NCBI GenBank assembly: GCA_963713615.1
Contig: CAVQMM010000001.1
Coordinates: forward strand, 698,708-762,707
Direction: 5' to 3'
DNA from: an uncultured Chlamydiae bacterium
GTDB lineage: Bacteria > Chlamydiota > Chlamydiia > Chlamydiales > JAJFMA01
Length of the DNA: 64,000 bases
The notes beneath the pieces are model-generated. The model made no database searches. It saw nothing but the letters and a program-made list of their open reading frames with translations, and was not told the DNA's origin. Made by a program: the position numbers and the translations under genes. Shown piece by piece: positions 60,951 through 64,000 of the stretch (position 1 is the first letter of the stretch; each line of letters starts with the position of its first letter).

Positions 60951-63304
60951 GAAGAGTCCTTTCTGTTGTCCACAATATATTCATTCAGTCGACCTGCCAG
61001 CTCATCGCGTTCATCACATGTCATCAGAAAGTCGAACCGGCCTACAATGCTTTGGAGTTTTACGAGGTCGATCAAAAAGTCATACTCGGCATTAGCAGAT
61101 ACCGAAGCGGCTACGAGGGCTTGATTTTGGGCATCGAGAAGATCAACGACAGTAGCATTACCCTCCGTATAGGCATCAGCGACCTGATTACGGCTCTTGT
61201 CAGCAGCTTCGGCCGACTCTCTCGACAACCTAATGGCTGCGTAGGAGGCGGTGGCACTATTGAGTCCGGTGCGGATGCCTTGTTCCAGCTGCTGCTCGAC
61301 GGATGATAGCTCACATTGCAGGCGGAGCAGTTCATCGATAGCTTGCTCTTTCTCAGCGATGCGTGCCCCACCGGTGAAAAGCGGATAGGTGACGGTGACG
61401 CCCACACTGAAGTTCGTCCGATTGAAGGGAAAGAGGGGAACGATCGGTGCTTGGCCTGCTCCGCCAGCTGCTGCGCGTTCTCGAACATCGGCGGCGAAGT
61501 TGATATCTGGCGTGTAGAATGATCGCTTGGCAACATTTACAGCTTCAGCTTGCGCTTCGATAAGGGTGCGAAGCTGGCGCATCTGTGGTGATAGACTTAG
61601 CCCTTCCATCAGTTCAAATTCGCTAAGCAGGTCTAGTCCTGTAGTATCGGCGAGGTTATGATCAAACCAAATCCCATTAAGGATCCAACAAGGATCATCG
61701 GAGGAAATGTCTTCGACACTGATCGACTCACACTGGTCTCTATTGAGAAGACGGTTGAGAGCCACCATAGCTGAGCGCATTTGGTATTGGGCACGGATGG
61801 CATTAGTTCTATTAGTGGCGACTTCGCTTTCCCAGCGAAAGACCTCTGTGGACCTGGCTTCCCCGATAGCTACGCGATGGCGAGCCGTTTTTAGGTTGGA
61901 TCGCGTCAGGCGCAGGTTAGATAGCTGAATATCGTGCAGCGTTTTAGCGCGCAGCATATTAAAATAGGCTGTGGCAACATTGAAGACGGTCTCATTGTGT
62001 GTGGAGACGAAGCCTTCCCAACGCGCTATCTGCTTACGTCTTTCTATGGATAGGTTACCCCATAGTTTGTTGGAATAGAGTACCTGGCTAGCTGATGCTG
62101 TGCTAAACAGTGCGGCCTGCGGTTCAGTGCCTAAAGCAATAATCGCACGATCCCTATCAATAATCCGAGCTAATGCTCCAACCTGAACCTGCGGAAGTAG
62201 TGGTGCCGCAGCCTTGCGCACTTGCTGTAGTCCAACGGCCAATGCTTGACGCGCCGCGGCTAAATCACTATTGGCGGATAAGGCTTCATCGACAGCATCC
62301 AACAGAGTCAAATAGGGCCCTGGTAGTGATCTATTTTCGTTGACTACATCCGCGTCGATAAGCAGATCCCAGGAAGGCACCACACCAACTTCACTAGCTG
62401 TTTCCATGTTCAGGATTAGCTGTTCTTCGGTTGTCATCACGACAGGCATGGTCTCTAAAGGTTGTCCACCTAGATAGCGCTGGATATTCAAAGCAATTCG
62501 ACGGGCAAGACGCTTTGTAGCGAGGTCTGGTGTCAACGTAGCCATGATGCCACTTTCAACCAAAGAACGACTAGAAAAGGCAAAGGTTGGTATGCCGCGG
62601 CAATTGAGTCCATCAATGAGTCGTTCAACATTCTGCAAAGTTATCTGTGGCAAGGGAAGAAGGTAGACTGCCTCAGTGTTTGAGGGCAGGACTTTGAGTG
62701 TTTGGTCTACCGAGTCTTCGATGGCAACGACTTGCACATCTAGCTTTAAGCGTTTGCCAAGGGCTACTAGTCCTGGCTCCAGCGTATCAACAGCTCGCAG
62801 AACCGTTGCATTGGACAGCATAGCGAGATGTCGAAAGGGTTTAAGTTGCTGGAAGACACTTATGTCCCTCTCCAGGTGAGATGTAAATGCGATGTAGTTG
62901 AGATTTCTGACGCCTGAGGTGCCAGCGGCATAGGGGAGTCGTTGCACCTGTGAGTCTAGGATATAAGGTGCAAATGAAGGTTTTGGCAGCTTCTTGCGCA
63001 GGCTAATATCATTGGAAACGATGGGTCCAATGCCCACTACAAGACTGACACTGTTGGAAGCAAAAGCTTCATCGACAACGCGGTGCGCACCTTGGTCGGT
63101 CCAATCACCCAAGAAGTCCCTTATCTGAACTTCATTTTCAGGGGTCAACAGATCTTTTATTTCATGCTCAAAGCTGTTGCGAATATCCTGCAGAGATGTG
63201 GATGGGCCATCAATGACAAATCCTATGCGTATCAATTCGCCACGGCAAAGCAATGGTAGCAGAAGCAGGCACAACAGAAGTAGGGAGGCATAGGCCCGAT
63301 GCAT
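60929..63304 (-). CDS. TolC-like outer-membrane factor fused to an N-terminal periplasmic ABC-substrate-binding-like (COG2984-type) domain
   Basis: Signal peptide from ATG 63304 (MHRAYASLLLLCLLLLPLLC). N-terminal ~330 aa RIGFVIDGPS...SLVVGIGPIVSND...NLNYIAF...VQVVAIED...AVYLLPLP...IPTFAFSSRSLVESGIMATL...IALNIQRYLGGQP. The C-terminal ~440 aa have two TolC/OEP repeats. 22-nt overlap with the adaptor gene. Confidence 0.7.
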   Translation of the reverse strand: MHRAYASLLLLCLLLLPLLCRGELIRIGFVIDGPSTSLQDIRNSFEHEIKDLLTPENEVQIRDFLGDWTDQGAHRVVDEAFASNSVSLVVGIGPIVSNDISLRKKLPKPSFAPYILDSQVQRLPYAAGTSGVRNLNYIAFTSHLERDISVFQQLKPFRHLAMLSNATVLRAVDTLEPGLVALGKRLKLDVQVVAIEDSVDQTLKVLPSNTEAVYLLPLPQITLQNVERLIDGLNCRGIPTFAFSSRSLVESGIMATLTPDLATKRLARRIALNIQRYLGGQPLETMPVVMTTEEQLILNMETASEVGVVPSWDLLIDADVVNENRSLPGPYLTLLDAVDEALSANSDLAAARQALAVGLQQVRKAAAPLLPQVQVGALARIIDRDRAIIALGTEPQAALFSTASASQVLYSNKLWGNLSIERRKQIARWEGFVSTHNETVFNVATAYFNMLRAKTLHDIQLSNLRLTRSNLKTARHRVAIGEARSTEVFRWESEVATNRTNAIRAQYQMRSAMVALNRLLNRDQCESISVEDISSDDPCWILNGIWFDHNLADTTGLDLLSEFELMEGLSLSPQMRQLRTLIEAQAEAVNVAKRSFYTPDINFAADVRERAAAGGAGQAPIVPLFPFNRTNFSVGVTVTYPLFTGGARIAEKEQAIDELLRLQCELSSVEQQLEQGIRTGLNSATASYAAIRLSRESAEAADKSRNQVADAYTEGNATVVDLLDAQNQALVAASVSANAEYDFLIDLVKLQSIVGRFDFLMTCDERDELAGRLNEYIVDNRKDSSCMCEQL

Positions 63305-63385
63305 TGCGATGATACCCGTCGTAGTCAACGGAACATGTATAGCAAAATTATGAATTTGATCGCTAACCCTACGACGGCTTGAATT

Positions 63386-63680
63386 AGGATTTAGGAGTAA
63401 CACGGATGCACACGGATCTAGGAGGATTTAGGAGGATCGGATGGTTGGGTGTGGCCTATCCAGCGCGAAGGTTTAGGAGTAACACGGATGTAGGATGATG
63501 GGATGGAAAAACTAGTTCACCATTCCAAAACCGTAAAAATGGTTTTAGGATGAATGAATCAAAATAAATTTTAATTTCCTAAATCTTCGCGCTGGATAGG
63601 CCACACCCAACCATCCGATCCTCCTAAATCCTCCTAGATCCGTGTGCATCCGTGTTATTCCTAATTTTCCTAGATACGTG
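63386..63680. repeat. Family-1 long palindromic element, copy C (with nested second palindrome)
   Basis: aggatttaggagtaacacggatgcacacggatctaggaggatttaggaggatcggatggttgggtgtggcctatccagcgcgaag pairs with cttcgcgctggataggccacacccaaccatccgatcctcctaaatcctcctagatccgtgtgcatccgtgttattcct. The interior resembles copy B. Confidence 0.9.
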
Positions 63681-63760
63681 TTAGCCCAAAATCTAAATCC
63701 GTGGCCCGATTTCCAAAAGTGTGCTACACTCTATCTTTATCATTTTAAGCGTGTGATACG

Positions 63761-64000
63761 ATGTTTAGCAAGTCTGGTCCCTATTCCATTCGAAAGTCGC
63801 GTCAAATCCTGCGCGAGCGTTTTCAGTGGTACAAGAACCACTGGAAGCAACTGGATCAGCGAATGCTATCGCGCGTTGAGCAGCTCCTCAACGACCTCGA
63901 TCAGGCCACGCTTGCTAAAGAGCGTACCCGCGCCGATTTGCTGGCCCGCGAGTTGGAATCGATAGAGGCACTGAAGCCCAAAAAATCCATCTTATGGTAC
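63761..64000 (+). CDS. 5' part of an ORF running off the window; N-terminus resembles the extended N-terminal region of chlamydial signal peptidase I (tentative)
   Basis: ATG 63761, open to the window end (80 codons): MFSKSGPYSIRKSRQILRERFQWYKNHWKQL.... The similarity to the LepB N-terminus is from memory only. Confidence 0.35.
   Translation, partial: MFSKSGPYSIRKSRQILRERFQWYKNHWKQLDQRMLSRVEQLLNDLDQATLAKERTRADLLARELESIEALKPKKSILWY

Noticed and set aside
63642-63965. ORF 63642..63965 (+) of 107 aa
   Set aside because: It starts inside the repeat arm and is out of frame with a better ORF (ATG 63761, open to the window end) whose product looks like a real protein N-terminus.

Overview
Gene-dense bacterial chromosomal window. 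The gene content suggests an amoeba-associated, chlamydia-like (PVC) organism: an LL-diaminopimelate aminotransferase lysine route, a SET-domain protein, RasGEF- and MORN-domain eukaryote-like proteins, and a LepB-like N-terminus. This taxon call is inference only. Housekeeping blocks are pepN, a compact lysC-dapA-asd-lysA-dapL operon, msrA, ychJ, tRNA-Leu(UAG), an RND efflux operon, and LysE and OsmC family genes. The standout is a complete Pel-type synthase-dependent exopolysaccharide locus at 33.2-46.0 kb. It has pelA split into hydrolase and deacetylase genes, then pelB, pelD, pelE, pelF and pelG, with no pelC. Its last gene overlaps the start of a PAS histidine kinase, which is followed by a CheY-like receiver. 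Accessory content includes putative effector genes: a RasGEF protein with a 108-bp Pro-rich tandem repeat, two AT-rich paralogous coiled-coil proteins flanking msrA, and a MORN protein. There are several apparent pseudo-enzymes: a His-less histidine kinase, a triosephosphate-isomerase homologue lacking the catalytic His and Glu, a PP2C-like domain with substituted metal ligands, and a transglutaminase-like protein with Cys->Ser. Two antitoxin-type genes have no visible toxin (Panacea/DUF4065 and AbiEi). Mobile and repetitive DNA includes a 160-bp MITE present twice with 8-bp target-site duplications, an internally deleted IS66-like element, and at least five families of long intergenic palindromic repeats, one of which sits inside the pel locus. 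All calls come from reading the translations and DNA by eye; no database search was possible.
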